49,939 nucleotides of DNA, from contig CM119267.1 of assembly GCA_051294375.1 (NCBI GenBank), positions 1,714,785-1,764,723 on the forward strand, written 5' to 3'. A program made the translations under genes and the position numbers. The notes under the pieces were generated by a model that saw only the letters and a list, made by a program, of their open reading frames with translations, was not told the origin of the DNA and did not search any database. The DNA is from Paraspadella gotoi. Its lineage: Eukaryota; Animalia; Chaetognatha. This document shows, one piece after another, positions 11,881 through 25,907 of this stretch; position 1 is the stretch's first letter; the number at the start of each line of letters is the position of its first letter.

Positions 11881-12671
11881 GGATTAGAATGAAATTATGT
11901 GTGTATTGAAGTGTGTGATTGAGCTGGATATGAAGTTTCGATGGAATCGTCTGAGTGTAAATGAGTTTTAAATGGAAAAAACTAAAAAATCTATTTCACT
12001 ATTTGAACGCCAATTACTCATATGTGGACGGGGCGATTGACCTGAAATTTTGTATTTGGGTAGAAAAGTGTGTGATTAAACTGGAAATCAAGTTTTGATA
12101 GAATCGTTTGAGTGGAAATGAGTTTAAATGAAAAAAACAAAAAACCTGTTTCACAAAATGCTTCTTTTTCTTTTTATATTAAATGTAAATGCAAGATTAG
12201 GGTTACGATAACCGTTAGCCGTTAACGGTTATTAATGGTTAAAAATAATTGTAACCTAACCGTTAATATATTTATTTTAACGGTTAAATTCGGTTAATTT
12301 TCAAATATGATTTTTTAAATTGTTTGGTCCATTTGATTATTAGATATTATAATCCTTTTGTTTCGTTGTGGTTGAAATTTAGAGAAAAGTTCATTTCAAA
12401 CTTTTCTTTAAATTTTTTGGTCTAAAATCTTTGATTTTTTAAAAGAAAAGTACTTTTTTCCTGTCCTCTCTTATTCTCCTATCTTTTTATCACCATATTT
12501 TTTTACTTCTCTTCTCAATTTTTTCCCTTTTTTTTCCTTTGTTATTTTCAACCCTTTTAATCTTTTTTAGTTGAATCTGCTTTCAGCAGATCCCGACTCT
12601 GTAATTCACTTTGTCGGCCTGCCCCCTGGATCTTGTCGGGCATTCACTTACATAATGTCAGAATATCGAAA

Positions 12672-15600
12672 CCAGAGAACGGGAGGGACAGGAAGGGAGA
12701 AGAGGAAACGGATAAACGGGAAGTCGGACAAAAAAGCGGAATCGAGGAAAGGGCGAGTGAGAAAAAAAAAAGAAATGGGGGATTACCTTTTGTTTTCTGA
12801 CCTCTTGTTTTTTCAAGGGTATTGGACCAATCATTTCTCTTCTTTGTCTCCATTCAGGTTTTCATCGGGTTGTTTCTTTTTTGGGGAGGGGCGGGGGAAG
12901 GACAGTGGTGAGGGCCAGAGGGGAATGAGAAGGGGGAACAGGGAAGTGGGGTGAGAGGGCCAGAGCGGGACAGATGAAGGGGCGAAGGGAAGATGGGAGT
13001 GAGGGGCCAAAGGGGAAGAGAAAGGGGGAAGGGAAGAGGGGTGAGGGCCAGGAGGGGAAGAGAAACAGGGGGAAGGGAAGCAGGGGTGAGGGGCCAGAGG
13101 GGGAAAGAAGGGGAAGAAGTGGGGAGGAGAGGGGAAGGAAAGGAAGTGTGGGGTGAGGGCCAGAGGGGAAGTAGAAAGGGGGAAAGGGAATGTAGGGGTG
13201 AGGGGCCATAGGGCGAAGAAGAAAGGGGGAAGGAAGAATGGGTTGAGGGGCCAGAGGGCGAGAGAAAGGGGGGAAAGGAAGTGGGGTGAAGGGGCCAGAG
13301 GGGAAGGAAAAGGGGACAGGAAAGGGTAGGAGGGGGAAAGAGAGAATGTAGGGGCTCAGAGGGAAGAGAAAGGGGGGAAGGGAAAGGGTGAGCGGCGAGG
13401 GGCGAGGTGGGGTGAGGCCAGAGGGGAAAGAAAGGGGGAGAAGGGAAAGTGGGGTGAGGGGGCCAAGGGGAAGAGAAAGGGGGAAGGGAAGTGGGGTGAG
13501 GGGCCAGAGGGAGAAGAGACAAGGGGGGAAGGGAAGTGGGGTGAGGGGGCCCAGAGGGGAAGAGAAAGGGGGGAAGGGAAAGTGGGTGAGGGGCCAGAGG
13601 GGAAGAGAAAGGGGGAAGGGAAGTGGGTGAGGCGGCCGAGGGGTAGGAAGAAGATTTGAGTGGGAACGATGTAATTAGAGGCCTGGTAGGAGCGCCAGGT
13701 TTCATTTGACGAAAAAAAGAGAGCAGCGATGATTAACCTTAAATTCCCGTTGCAATATGTATGCCAGATTTGTTATATTATTTTCAAAATTATGCAAAGA
13801 CTTTAACTCTACTTAATAATCATCTCTTGTTTAAAAATACTTCGCCGTAACTAATTAAGGGCTTTCCCGTCAGAATGAATTGATGTAGTGTCAAACTGTT
13901 TTGTTGTTGTTGTTGTCGTCGCGTCGTTGTTGATGTCGTTGTTGTTGTTTTTTGTTTGTTGTCTTGTTGTGTTGTTGTTTAAGTTGTTGGTTGTTCCGTC
14001 AACGCAAAGAAAATCGAAGATACATGAGAAAAGAAAAAACGCATCATAATTTTTCTTTTGGACGCCGACACAGATTTTTTAGAGCCATCTCTCTCTCTCT
14101 TCTCTCTCTCTTCATCTCTCTCTCTCTCTCTTTTCTTCTCTCTCTCTCTTCTCTCTCTCTCTCTCTCTTCTCCTCTCTCCTCTCTCTCGTCTCTCTCTCC
14201 TAAGTCTCCTCATCTCTCTCTCTCTCTAAACCTCCACCTTCAGTTGATGGTTCATTCATAACTGAGTTCTCATAACTTTTTTTATTTCTCCACCCACTTT
14301 CCCTACTCTCCTTTCCTGTCTTCCTCTTCTCCCTCCTCTTCTTCCCCTCTCCCTCCTCTTCCTCTCCTTTTCTTCCCTCTTCTTTCCCTTTCCTCCTTCT
14401 TCCTCTTCTTCCTCCACATCTTCCTCTCGTGGGCGTCGCTTCTCATTTTCGTCAAAAACTAAAAAATTCATACGCTCGTTCATCTCCTCCGATTTTTTGA
14501 GAAGAAGTCTCGGAGATAGAGACAAAGAGAGAGATGGAGAGGGTTAGAGTGAGAGAGAGGAAGGTTACAGATAGTGAGGATAAAAATAGTGAAAGATAGA
14601 GATAAAAAAAAAGAAACGTAGACAAGAAGAGAAAGGTAAAAGAGGAAGCATTGAGGTTGAGTGAAGAAAAAAATCTTTCTCACAATCTCTTCTTCTCCTC
14701 TCCCTCCTCTCCCACTCGTGCCCACTCTCCCTCTCTCTCTCCCCTTCTCTCTTCCTCTCTCCCTCTCCCTCCGTCTCCTCCTCTTTTCTCCTCAGCCTCG
14801 ACGGCGTCGGTTTTCAACCTGAGAAGGCCAAAAAAAAAAAAAAAAAAAAAACCTTTTGCAAAAGCAAATGGAAAATTCGGTTGTCGTCGTAGTCATCGTC
14901 GTCGCGTCGTGTCGCCTTGACGGGCGCCAGCATCTCCTCCGTCACGTCTCGCGCGCACGACGCAAATCGCACGGCCCGAAAATCTGCGTGCGCCAAAGTT
15001 CTGCGTGCGCAAAAGTTCGCAACAAACGCAGTATTACTTAATACGTTCTAAAATTTAAGCTTATCACATATCGACACCCGGTGAATCTCACTCGGTCAGC
15101 ATCCGCGAAGAAATGACTTAGCATTGGATACTTCCCGCATTCTTTTCTTTTAATAATTTTTCCCCTTAACACCTTAAACTCTCTCCCGTTATGTCCTTTC
15201 TTCCTTTCCCCCTCCCTTACTGTCCCATCTTCTGCTTCCTCCCTCTCTTACTGGCTCCCTTTTCCTTTTCCCTCTTAACTTCTTGTCAAACTCTAAGAAA
15301 ACGAAGGAAAGTTAAAAAAAAAAGAAAAAGAAAACTGGAGTCTTTCGATGAAAAACGAGTTAACGTCGGACGAAAACCTTTCGTTCGCTTCATCATTTAT
15401 AACGAGGACATGACAACCCTGATAAATCGGTTGGGGAGAGAGAGAGAGGGTGAGGGGGCGAAAGAGAGGGTGGAGGAGAGAGAGAGGGTGGAGGGAGGAG
15501 AGAGGGAGAGGAGTCTAGAGTGACGGGCGAGGCTTCAGCCGCCGACTCTCGTGGGTGCAGGCAGCAGGAGCGGGATTGGACGTGGACCAAAGTCTTACTC

Positions 15601-16689
15601 CAGAAGTTCCAGGAAGCGAGAAGGGGAATGGAGCGAGAGTGGAATGAGCGAAGAAGGGAATGAAGGAGCGAGAGAAGAGATAAGAGGAGCGAATTAGGGG
15701 GTATGGAGCGACGCTGGAGTGAGAGGGAAGTGGGGGCCTGGAGTGAGAGAGAAGTGGATTAGAGAGAGTTGAAGTGAGGTTTGTAGCTCCGATCGGCTCA
15801 AGATGTTCGACGTCATCGAGAGAAAAATCACCTGAAGAAAGATTTTTAACCTGTTTTCTTTTGGTTGTGGTTGTTTTGTTGTGTGTTGTTGTTGTTGTTG
15901 TTGTTTTTGATGTTGATGATTAAAAGTTTTTTCTTCATCATCTGAGGTCTTCGTTTTATTAAGCACGGTTCATTTGCAATATTTATTAAAGGAAAGATGA
16001 TATATCGTTTGAACAAATAAAAATTTTTGGCATCATATGTAGAAAACGGAAACACAAATATGTAAAAGATGAAAATTTAAAAAAAAAATTAATTAAGAGA
16101 AGAAAAAACTAAAAAAAAAAACTAATATCAATTCAGAAACTAAATTTTTCTTTTTTAGTCGCATCTGCTTATCAGCAGATCCCGACTCTATAATTCACTT
16201 TGTCGGTCCGTCGCCCCTCAATCTTTCGGGCATTCACTTATATCATGTCAGAACATCGAATTATGATAATTTATAGCAAAAAAAAAATGATGTCCATCTG
16301 TCCGTCCGTCCATCCTCCCGTCCATCACATCCCACCATTTTTTGGATGGATTAGAATGAAATTATGTGTGTGATTGAGTGGATATGAGTTTCGATGGAAT
16401 CGTCTGAGTGTAAATGAGTTTAAATGAAAAAAAAAAAAAATCTATTTCACTATTTGAACCCAATTACTCATATGTGGACGGGGCGATTTGACCTGAAATT
16501 TTGTATTTGGGTAGACAAAGTGTGTGATTAAACTGGAAATCAAGTTTTGATAGAATCGTTTGAGTGGAAATGAAGTTTAAATGAAAAAAACAAAAAACCT
16601 GTTTCACTAAAATGCTTCTTTTTCTTTTTATATTAAAATGTAAATCCAAGATGTATTAATTAATCAAATAATTAATCAGGTTAATTAAT
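12672..16689. repeat. Block X copy 2 (error-rich)
   Basis: Aligns with 8340-12197 and ends at a 25-N gap. Confidence 0.9.
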
Positions 16690-16744
16690 NNNNNNNNNNN
16701 NNNNNNNNNNNNNNATTTAAATCGATTTAAATTTAAAGTAAAAA

Positions 16745-16930
16745 TTTTGGGCAAAATGATTTTGTTTCACAACAGAATTTTATTTTATCAATAGAAAAAC
16801 GGTACATGGTTCTCGGCTTTGGATGCAGCCTTTCCGTTCAGCGGTCAATGAAGGCTTGCATCCAAAGCCGAACATGTCTTCTATATAAATAAAATTCGTT
16901 GTGAAACAAAAATTCATCTTTGGCCAAATA
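16745..16930. mobile_element. Palindromic Penelope-like pLTR remnant with two degenerate minimal hammerhead motifs
   Basis: Arms ttttgtttcacaac..cggctttggatgcagcc and ggcttgcatccaaagccgaacatgtc..aataaa..gttgtgaaacaaaa. Each arm reads (C)TGA..GA-stem-GAA(A)CATGT. Confidence 0.55.
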
Positions 16931-17071
16931 CATACAACAACGAAAAAGAAAAGGTTTTATACCACTAGTAAAATTTTAAAATTAACCGATTTTAAACGGC
17001 TAACCGTTAAAAATGTTAGTTTTAAACGGTTAAGCGAAGATCCTCAAAAATTAACGGTTAACGGAACCCTA

Positions 17072-17663
17072 ATGCAAAGATGTATTAATTAATCAAATAA
17101 TTAATCAGTTAATTAATCAATTAGTCAATTAATTAATCAATCAAGTCAATCGTTATCTGCATTAATTCTCATCGTCGTCATTGCTTTTGTCAGAGGTTAG
17201 TGGACGAAAAGACCTAAAAACGCAAACATTTCGCAATCAAATTAATTAATTAATTGCCTAATTAATGAATTAATTAATTAATTACCGATAATGATCGTGG
17301 GCAGATCCGACATTGTTTGCTCAAACTCTTTTTCTCTTCCACCCACCGACCAACCTTGCTGTCATTAATGAATTAACTAAACTAACTCTTCCTCTCTCTC
17401 TCTCTCTCTCTCTCTCTGCTCTCTCTCATCTCTCTCTCCTCTCTCTCTCTCTCTCTCGGCAGCGAGGTTTGCCAACCTTCCCTGGCATTTAAAGTTCATC
17501 ATAAAAAGGTTTAAATAACGAGCGGAGAGAGAGTAATTAAAAGAAATTAAAAGCCTTTTTCTCTTTTTAACCGAGAGACGCAATTAAAAAAAAGGTTTTT
17601 TTTCTTTTTTTGCCTTTTTTGTTTAAAAAAACTCGTAAATTCGCGCGGTTTTTGAGAGAGAGA

Positions 17664-17715
<52 letters not shown>

Positions 17716-18464
17716 AGGAGAACTGTTATTCGCTTCTTAAATTTCTATTTTCACATTTTTTCAAATAAGATAGTTATTATGGTTTTATTTTAGTTAAAGT
17801 TAGGATTATTTATGCATCAGTTTGCATGTCTCTCTGTGCGGTCTGTCCTTCTGTCTATCTGTCTGGTTGAATGTTTTGAAAAAAAAGAATCGAATAAATA
17901 GATATCCAACATAATATTATATATATTATGAGATAAATATTAAAATCTCTCCTTGATGGTCTAAGAATAAAAAAGTGTCAGTTTGCAATGGAAATTCTAA
18001 TAGTAAAGGCATGCCTTGAGCTTTTTCGGTTCAAATATACTGTAAAAGTCTAAATATATTGGTCTAAATACATTATATATTCTAATTATTTCGATAAACA
18101 TATGAATGCGGCGCAACATATAAGCAGCAATTTAGGATTTACAAAAAAAATCCATATTTTTCTTCAGACGCATTTTCCCACTTCCTCCTCCTCCTCCTCC
18201 TCCTCCTCTCCTCCTTCCTTTCCTCCACATCTTCAATTTAAATCTCTTCTCTTCTTCTTCTTCTTCTTCTTCTTCTTTTTCTTCTTTTCTTTTTCTTCCA
18301 TCTCTCTCGTCTCCTTTCCTCCTCCTCCTCCACCTCACCTCCTCTTCCTCCTCCCCTCCCCGTTTTGCAGGCGCCTTAAAAAGGCCATTTTTTTGCCTTC
18401 TTGACTTTTTAAATCTCCGGCGAGCAGAGATTCAACTCTCTCTCTCTCTCTCTCTCTCTCCTCG

Positions 18465-18524
<60 letters not shown>

Positions 18525-18639
18525 CTCCTCTTCCTCCTGCCAGGCAGAGATTCAACTCAGAGATTCACGTCTTTTCAAAAACACACCGTCAATTCCACTC
18601 AAAAGCCGCTTGGGTTTTCCAAATCTCTCTCTCTCTCTC

Positions 18640-18717
<78 letters not shown>

Positions 18718-19200
18718 TATTTTCTTTGTGTTTCAACTCTTTTTAACGATTCTCTCTCCTTTTATCCCATCCCCAAACTTAAACTTCTCAAAATTACATT
18801 CTTATTCTTAGTCTCTCTTCTTTCACTCCTGAACCAACTCTCTTATCCTTTTCCCTTTTGCTCCTTCTCCCACGAATCTTCTTTTTCACTCCTGTCCCCC
18901 TTTTTCCGCTCTTTCTCTCCTTTTTAACCTTAGCTCCTTCTCCCGGACTCCTGTTCCTCTCCTTCCTTTGGCCTGCAATTCCCCTCAGAGATTCGAAGGG
19001 ACAAAAAGAGTCGTCTTGAAAAAAAGGGGTGAGAAAATGTGGAAGGGTAAGGTGGTACGGCGGAATAATTGAAGAAAAGACAGAAGTATAGAAAGAGGCG
19101 GACGGCCTATTTTAATACCGTCCAGTCATGGAAACAATTACCAAGGAAGAGGAAAAGGGGAAAAAAAGAAAGGAAAAGAATTTCAACGAATTAGCAAAAG
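17072..19200. repeat. Block Y copy 1; copy 2 at ~23830-25907; partial copy at ~19511-19790
   Basis: Shared landmarks gggcagatccgacattgtttgctc, gcggcgcaacata, ttttgcaggcgccttaaaaaggcc, ccgtccagtcatggaa. Confidence 0.9.
17286..17376 (-). CDS. Probable host exon (LMTARLVVGGREKEFEQTMSDLPTIII)
   Basis: ttAG acceptor at 17377-17378 and G|GTAATT donor; frame taken from the copy at ~19677-19765. Confidence 0.45.
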
Positions 19201-19775
19201 TTGAATAAAGAGAAAGTAAAAATGTAAAGAAAAAAACAGCGAAAGAACAAAAAAAAGGAAATGAAAAACAAGGGAGGAGAAAACAAGAGACAAAAGTAAA
19301 GGAAGAGGGGGGGGATGCGGACACAGAGCGGGGAAGGTGGGCGGTGAACACCCGAGAAAGAAGAGAGAAAAAGAGAGAGAATGGTACGGAGAGACTAGAG
19401 AGAGAGAGAAGAGGGAGAGAGAGAGAGGAGTACAGAGAGAGAGAGAGAGTAGAGAGAGAGCAGACAGAGACGGAGAAAGGAGAGTAGAAGCAGGCAGACA
19501 TGAGAGAGACAAATCAATTAGTCAATTAATTAATCAATCAAGTCAATCGTTCTCTGCATTATTCTCATCGTCGTCATTGCTTTTGTCGAGGTTAGTGACA
19601 AAATGACCTAAAAACCAATATTTCCGATCAAATTAATTAATTAATTGCCTAATTAATTAATTAATTCATTAATTACCGATAATGATCGTGGGCAGATCCG
19701 ACATTGTTTGCTCAAACTCTTTTTTCTCTTCCACCCACGACCAACCTTGCTGTCATTAATGATTAACTAAACTAA

Positions 19776-19812
<37 letters not shown>

Positions 19813-21291
19813 ACCAGAGAACGGGAGGGACAGGAAGGGAGAAGAGGAAACGGATAAACGGGGAAGTCGGAAAAAAACAAGCGGATGAGGAAAGGGCGAG
19901 TGGAAAAAAAAAAGAAATGGCGGGATTACCTTTTGTTTTCTGACCTCTTGTTTTTTCCAAGGGTCATTGGACCAATATTTCTCTTTCTTTCATCTCCCAT
20001 TCAGGTTTTCATCGGGTTGTTTCTTTTTTGGGGAGGGGCGGGGGAATAGGGACAGTGGGTGAGGGGCCAGAGGGGAAGAGAAGGGGGAAAGGGAAGTGGG
20101 GTGAGAGGGCCAGAGCGGGACAGAGAAAGGGGGTAAGGGAAGAGGGAGTGAGGGGCCAAAGGGGAAAGAGAAAGCGGGGAAGGGAAGAGGGGTGAGGGCC
20201 AGGAGGGGAAGAAGGAAACGGGGGAAGGGAAGAAGGGGTGAGGGCCAGAGGGGGAAGAAAGGGGTGAAGGGAAGTGGGGAAGGGCAGAGGGGAAGGAGAG
20301 GATGTGGGGTGAGGGCCAGAGAGAGAGTAGAAAGGGGGAAAGGGAATAGTAGGGGTGAGGGGCCATAGGGCGAAGAGAAAGGGGGGAACAGGAAGAATGG
20401 GGTGAGGGGCCAAGGGGAGAGAAAGGGGGAAGGGAAGTGGGGTGAGGGGCAGAGGGGAAGAGAAGGGGAGGAAGAGGGGCTGAGAGTAGGGGAGAGGGAG
20501 GGATGAGGGGCCCAGAGGGGAAGAGAAAGGGGGGAAGGGAAAAGGGGAGCGAGGGGCAGAGGAGGAGGACCAGAGGGGAAAGAGAAGGGGGAGAAGGGAA
20601 GTGGGGTGAGGGGCCAAGGGGAAGAGAAAAGGGGGGAAAGGGAAGTGGGGTGAGGGGCCAGAGGGGAAGAGAAAGGGGGGAAGGGAAGTGGGGTTGAGGG
20701 GGCCCAGAGGGGAAGAGAAAGGGGGGAAGGGAAAGTGGGTGAGGGGCCAGAGGGGAAGAGAAAGGGGGAAGGGACAGTGGGTGGAGCGGCCGAGGGGAGG
20801 AAGACAGATTTGAGTGGGAACACGATGTATTAACGAGGCCTGGTAGGAGCGCCAGGTTTCATTTGACGAAAAAAAGAGAGCAGCGATGATTAACTTAAAT
20901 TCAGTTGCAATATGTACTGCCAGATTTGTATAATTATTTTCAAATTATGCCAAAGACTTTAACTCTATTAATAATCATCTCTTGTTTAAAAATACATTCG
21001 CCGTAAACTAATTAAGGGCCTTTCCCGTCAGAATGAATTGACTGTAGTGTCAACTTGTTTGGTTGTTGTTGTTGTCGTCGCGTCGTTGTTGATGTCGTTG
21101 TTGTTGTTTTTTGTTGTTGTTTGTTGTTGTTGTTAGTTTAGTTGTTGTGTTGTTCGTCAACGCAAAGAAAATCGAACGGATAATTGAGAAAAAGAAAAAA
21201 CCATCATAATTTTTCTTTTGACGCCGACAAGATTCTTTAGAGCCATCTCTCTCTCTTTTCTCTCTCTTCATCTCTCTCTCTCCTCTTTTCT

Positions 21292-21356
<65 letters not shown>

Positions 21357-24300
21357 CTATTCCTCTCTCTCTCTCCTCTCTAAACCTTCACCTTCAGTTG
21401 ATGGTTCATTCATAACTGAGTTCTCATAACTTTTTTTTATTTCTCCACCCACTTTCCTCTACTGCTCCTTCCTTCTTCCTCTTCTCCCTCCTCTTCTTCC
21501 CCTCTCCCTCGCTCTTCCTCTCCTTTCCTCCCTCTTCTTTCCCCTTCCCTCTTCTTCCTCTTCTTCCATCCACATCTTCCTCTGTCGGGCGTCGCTTCTC
21601 ATTTCCGTCAAAAACTAAAAAATTCATCGCTCGGTTCATCTCCTCCGATTTTTTGAGAAGAAGTCTGGAGATAGAGACAAAGAGAGAGATGGAGAGGGTT
21701 AGAGTTGAGAGAGAGGAGGTTACAGATAGTGAGATAAAAATAGTGAAAGATAGAGATAAAAAAAAGAAACGTAGACAAGGAAGAGAAAGGAAAAGAGGAA
21801 GATTGAGTTGAGTGAAGAAAAAAATCTTTCTCACAATCTCCTTCTTCTCCTCTCCTCCTCTCCCACTCGTGCCCACTCTCCCTCTCTCTCTTCCCCTTCT
21901 CTCTTCCTCTCTCCCTCTCCCTCTCGTCCTCTCCTCTTTTCTCCTCAGCCTCGACCGGCGTCGGTTTTCAACCTGAAGAAGAGCCAAAAAAAAAAAAAAA
22001 AAAAACCTTTGCAAAGCAATGGAAAATTCGGTTGTCGTAGTAGTCATCGTCGTCGCGTCCGTCGTCGCCTTGACGGGCGCCAGCATCTCCTCGTCACGTC
22101 TCGCGCGCACGACGCAAATCGCACGGGCCCGAAATCTGCGTGCGCCAAAGTTCTTGCGTGCGCAAAAGTTCGCAACAAACGCAGTATTACTTGAATACGT
22201 CTAAAATTTAAGCTTATCACATATCGACACCCGGTGAATCTCACTCGGGTCAGCATCCGCAGAAGAAATGACTTTAGCATGGATACTTCCCGCAATTCTT
22301 TTCTTTTTAATAATTTTTTCCCTTAAACATCCTTAAACTCTCTCCCGTTATGTCCTTTCTCTCCTTTCCCCCTCCCTTACTGTCCCATCTCTGCTTCTCT
22401 CCCTCTCTTACTGGCTCCCGTTTTCCTTTCCTCCCTCTTAACTTCTTGTCAACTCTTAAGAAAACGAAAGGAAAAGTTAAAAAAAAAAGAAAAAAGAAAA
22501 CTGGAGTCTTTCGATGAAAAACGAAGTTACGTCGGACGAAAACCTTTCGTTCGCTTCATCACTTATATAACGAGGACATGACAACCCTGATAAATCGGTT
22601 GGGAGAGAGAGAGAGAGGGTGAGGGGGCGAAAGAGAGGGTGGAGGGAGAGAGAGAGGGTGGAGGGAGGAGAGAGGGAGAGGAGTCTAGAGTGACGGGCGA
22701 GGCTCAGCCGCCGACTCTCGTGGGTGGGCCACAGGAGCAGGGATTGGACGTGGACCAAAGTCTTACTCTCAGAAGTTCAGGAGCGAGAGGGGAATGGAGC
22801 GAGAGTGGAATGGAGCGAGAGGGAAAGGAGCGAGAGAAGAGATAGAGGAGCGAATTAGGGGGTCATGGAGCGACGCTTGGAGTGAGAGGGAAGTGGGGGC
22901 TGGAGTGAGAGAGAAGTGGATTAGAGAGAGTTGAGTTGATGGTTTGTAGCTCCGATCGGCTCAAGATGTTCGACGTCATCGATGAGAAAAATCACCTGAA
23001 GAAAGATTTTTTAACCTGTTTTTTTGGTTGTGGTTGTTTTGTGTGTGTTGTTGTTGTTGTTGTTGTTTTTTGATGTTGATGCATTAAAGTTTTTTCTTCA
23101 TCATCTGAGTCTTCTGTTTTATTAAGCACGGTTCATTTGCAATATTTATTAAAGGAAAGATGATATAATCGTTTGAACAAATAAAATTTTTGGGCCATCA
23201 TATGTAGAAAACGGAAACACAAATAATGTAAAAGATGAAAATTTAAAAAAAAAATTAATTAAGAGAAGAAAAAACTAAAAAAAAAAACTAATATCAATTC
23301 AGAAACTAAATTTTTCTTTTTTAGTCGCATCTGCTTATCAGCAGATCCCGACTCTATAATTCACTTTGTCGGTCCGTCAGTCCACCCTCAGATCTTATCG
23401 GCACATTCACTTATATCATGTCAGAACATCCAATTATGATAATTTAAGCAAAAAAAAAATGATGTCCTGTTCCGTCCGTCCATCCATCCCTCGTCCATTC
23501 AGTCCCACCTTATTTTGGATGGATAGAATTGAAATTATGTGTGTATTGAATTGTATGCTGGATATGAGTTTCCGTGGAATCGTCCGAAGTGTAAATGGTT
23601 TAAATAAAAAAATAAAAAATCTATTTCAACTATTTGAACGCAAATTACTCATATGTGGACGGGGCGATTTGACCTGAAATTTTGTATTTGGGTAGACAAG
23701 TGTGTGATTAAACTGGAAATCAAGTTTTGATAGATCGTTTGAGTGGAAATGAAGTTTAAATGAAAAAAAAAAAAAACCTGTTTCACCAAATGCTTCTTTT
23801 CTTTTATATTTAAATGTAAATACAAGAAAATGTATTAATTAATCAAATAATTAATCAGTTAATTAATTCAATTAGTCAATTAAAATTAATCAATCAAGTC
23901 ATCGTTCTCTGCATTAATTCTCGATCGTCGTCATTGCTATTTGTCGAGGTAATAGTGGACAAAAATGACCTAAAAACGGCAAAAATATTTCCGATTCAAA
24001 TTAATTAATTAATTGCCTAATTAATTAATTTAAATTTCATTAATTACCGATAATGATCGTGGGCAGTATTCGACATAGTTTGCTTGCTCAAACTCTTTTT
24101 TTCTCTTCCACCCACGAACCAACCTTGCTGTCATTAAATGAATAACTAAACTACTCTTCTCCTTCTGGCTCTCCTCTCTCTCTCCTCTCTCTTCTCTCTC
24201 TCTCATTCTCTCCTCTCTCTCTCTCTCCTCGCAGCGAGGTTTGCCAACCTTCCCCTGGCATTTACNNNNNNNNNNNNNNNNNNNNNNNNNTTTAAAGTTC

Positions 24301-24451
24301 ATCATAAAGAGGTTTAAATACGAGCGGAGAGAGAGTAATTAAAAGAATTAAAAGCCTTTTTCTCCTTTTTAACCGAGAGACGCAATTAAAAAAAAGGTTT
24401 TTTTTCTTTTTTTGCCTTTTTTGTTTAAAAAAACTCGTAAATCGCGCGGTT

Positions 24452-24514
<63 letters not shown>

Positions 24515-25207
24515 TGTTATTCGCTTCTTAAATTTCTATTTTCACATTTTTCCAAATAAGATAGTTATTATGGTTTTATTTTAGTTAAAGTTAGGATTAT
24601 TTATGCATCAGTTGCATGTCTCTCTGTGCGTCTGTCCTTCTGTCTATCTGTCTGGTTGAATGTTTGAAAAAGAATCGAAATAATTAGATATCAACATAAT
24701 ATTATAATATTATGAGATAATATTAAAAATCTCCTTGATGGTTAAGAATAAAAAAGTGTCAGTTTGCAATGGAAATTCTAATAGTAAAAGGCATGCCTTG
24801 AGCTTTTTCGGTTCAAATATACTGTAAAAGTCTAAATATATTGGTCTAAATACATTATATATTCTAATTATTTCGATAACATATGAATGCGGCGCAACAT
24901 AAAGCAGCAATTTAGGATTTACAAAAAAAATCCATATTTTTCTTCAGACGCATTTTCCACTTCCTCCTCCTCCTCCTCCTCCTCTTCCTCCTTCCTTTCC
25001 TCCACATCTTCATTTAAAATCTCTTCTCTTCTTCTTCTTCTTCTTCTTCTTCTTTTTCTTCTTCTTCTTTTTCTTCCATCTCTCTCGTCTCCTTTCCTCC
25101 TCCTCCTCCACCTCCTTCTCTTCCTCCTCCCCTTCCGTTTTGCAGGCGCCTTAAAAAGGCCATTTTTTTCCTTCTTGACTTTTTAAATCTCCGGCGAGCA
25201 GAGATTC

Positions 25208-25244
<37 letters not shown>

Positions 25245-25441
25245 CTCTCCTCTCTCTCTCCTCTCTCTCCTCTCTCTTCTTCATCTCCATCCTGCCAGGC
25301 AGAGATTCACTCAGAGATTCACGTCTTTTCAAAAACACACCGTCAATTCCACTCAAAAGCCGCTTGGGTTTTCCAAATCTCTCATCTCTCTCTCTCTCTC
25401 TCTATCATCTCTCTCTCTCTCTCTCTCTCTTCTCCTCTCTC

Positions 25442-25472
<31 letters not shown>

Positions 25473-25907
25473 TCCTATTTTCTTTGTGGTTTCAAACTCT
25501 TTTTAAGATTCTCTCTCCTCTTTATCCCATCCCAAACTTAACTTCTCAAAATTACATTCTTAATTTCTTAGTCTCTCTTTCACTCCTGACCACTCTCTTT
25601 ATCCTTTTCCCTTTTGCTCCTTCTCCCCGACTCTCTCTTTCACTCCTGTCCACCCTCTTCCGCTCTTTCTCCTTTTTACATTTAGCTCCTTCTCCCCGAC
25701 TCCTGTTCCTCCTTCCCTTTGGCTGCAATTCCCCTCAGAGATTCGAGGGACAAAAGAGTCGTTGAAAAAAAAGGGTGAGAAATGTGGAGGGTAAGGTGGA
25801 CGGAATATTGAAGAAAAGACAGAAGTAAAGAAGGCGACTATCCCGTCCAGTCATGGAACAATTACCAAAGAAGAGGAAAAGGAAAAAGGAAAAGGAATTC
25901 AAGAATA
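19813..25907. repeat. Block X copy 3 plus block Y copy 2 (allele without the hAT insertion)
   Basis: X runs directly into Y at ~23825 with no TAGGG element. Confidence 0.9.

Larger units (their letters stand above)
8340..12197. repeat. Block X copy 1 (~3.9 kb); near-identical copies at ~12672-16689 and ~19813-23830
   Basis: All three share the same ordered landmarks (gaaacggataaacggg, G-rich minisatellite, (TTG)n, ttaagcttatcacatatcgacacccgg, agtcgcatctgcttatcagcagatcccgact). Differences are mostly 1-nt indels. Confidence 0.95.
12198..17071. mobile_element. Non-autonomous hAT-type DNA transposon ends (left 12198-~12570, right ~16715-17071)
   Basis: TIRs TAGGGTTACGATAACCGTTA / TAACGGTTAACGGAACCCTA, an ~8-bp TSD tgcaagat (12190-12197; atgcaaagat after 17071), and subterminal AACGG/AACCG repeats. 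Empty site is seen at ~16640-16660 and ~23815-23840. Confidence 0.75.

Noticed and set aside
8340-25907. Real tandem triplication of host exons
   Set aside because: Copies differ mainly by random 1-nt indels and abut 25-N gaps, so assembly redundancy is more likely.
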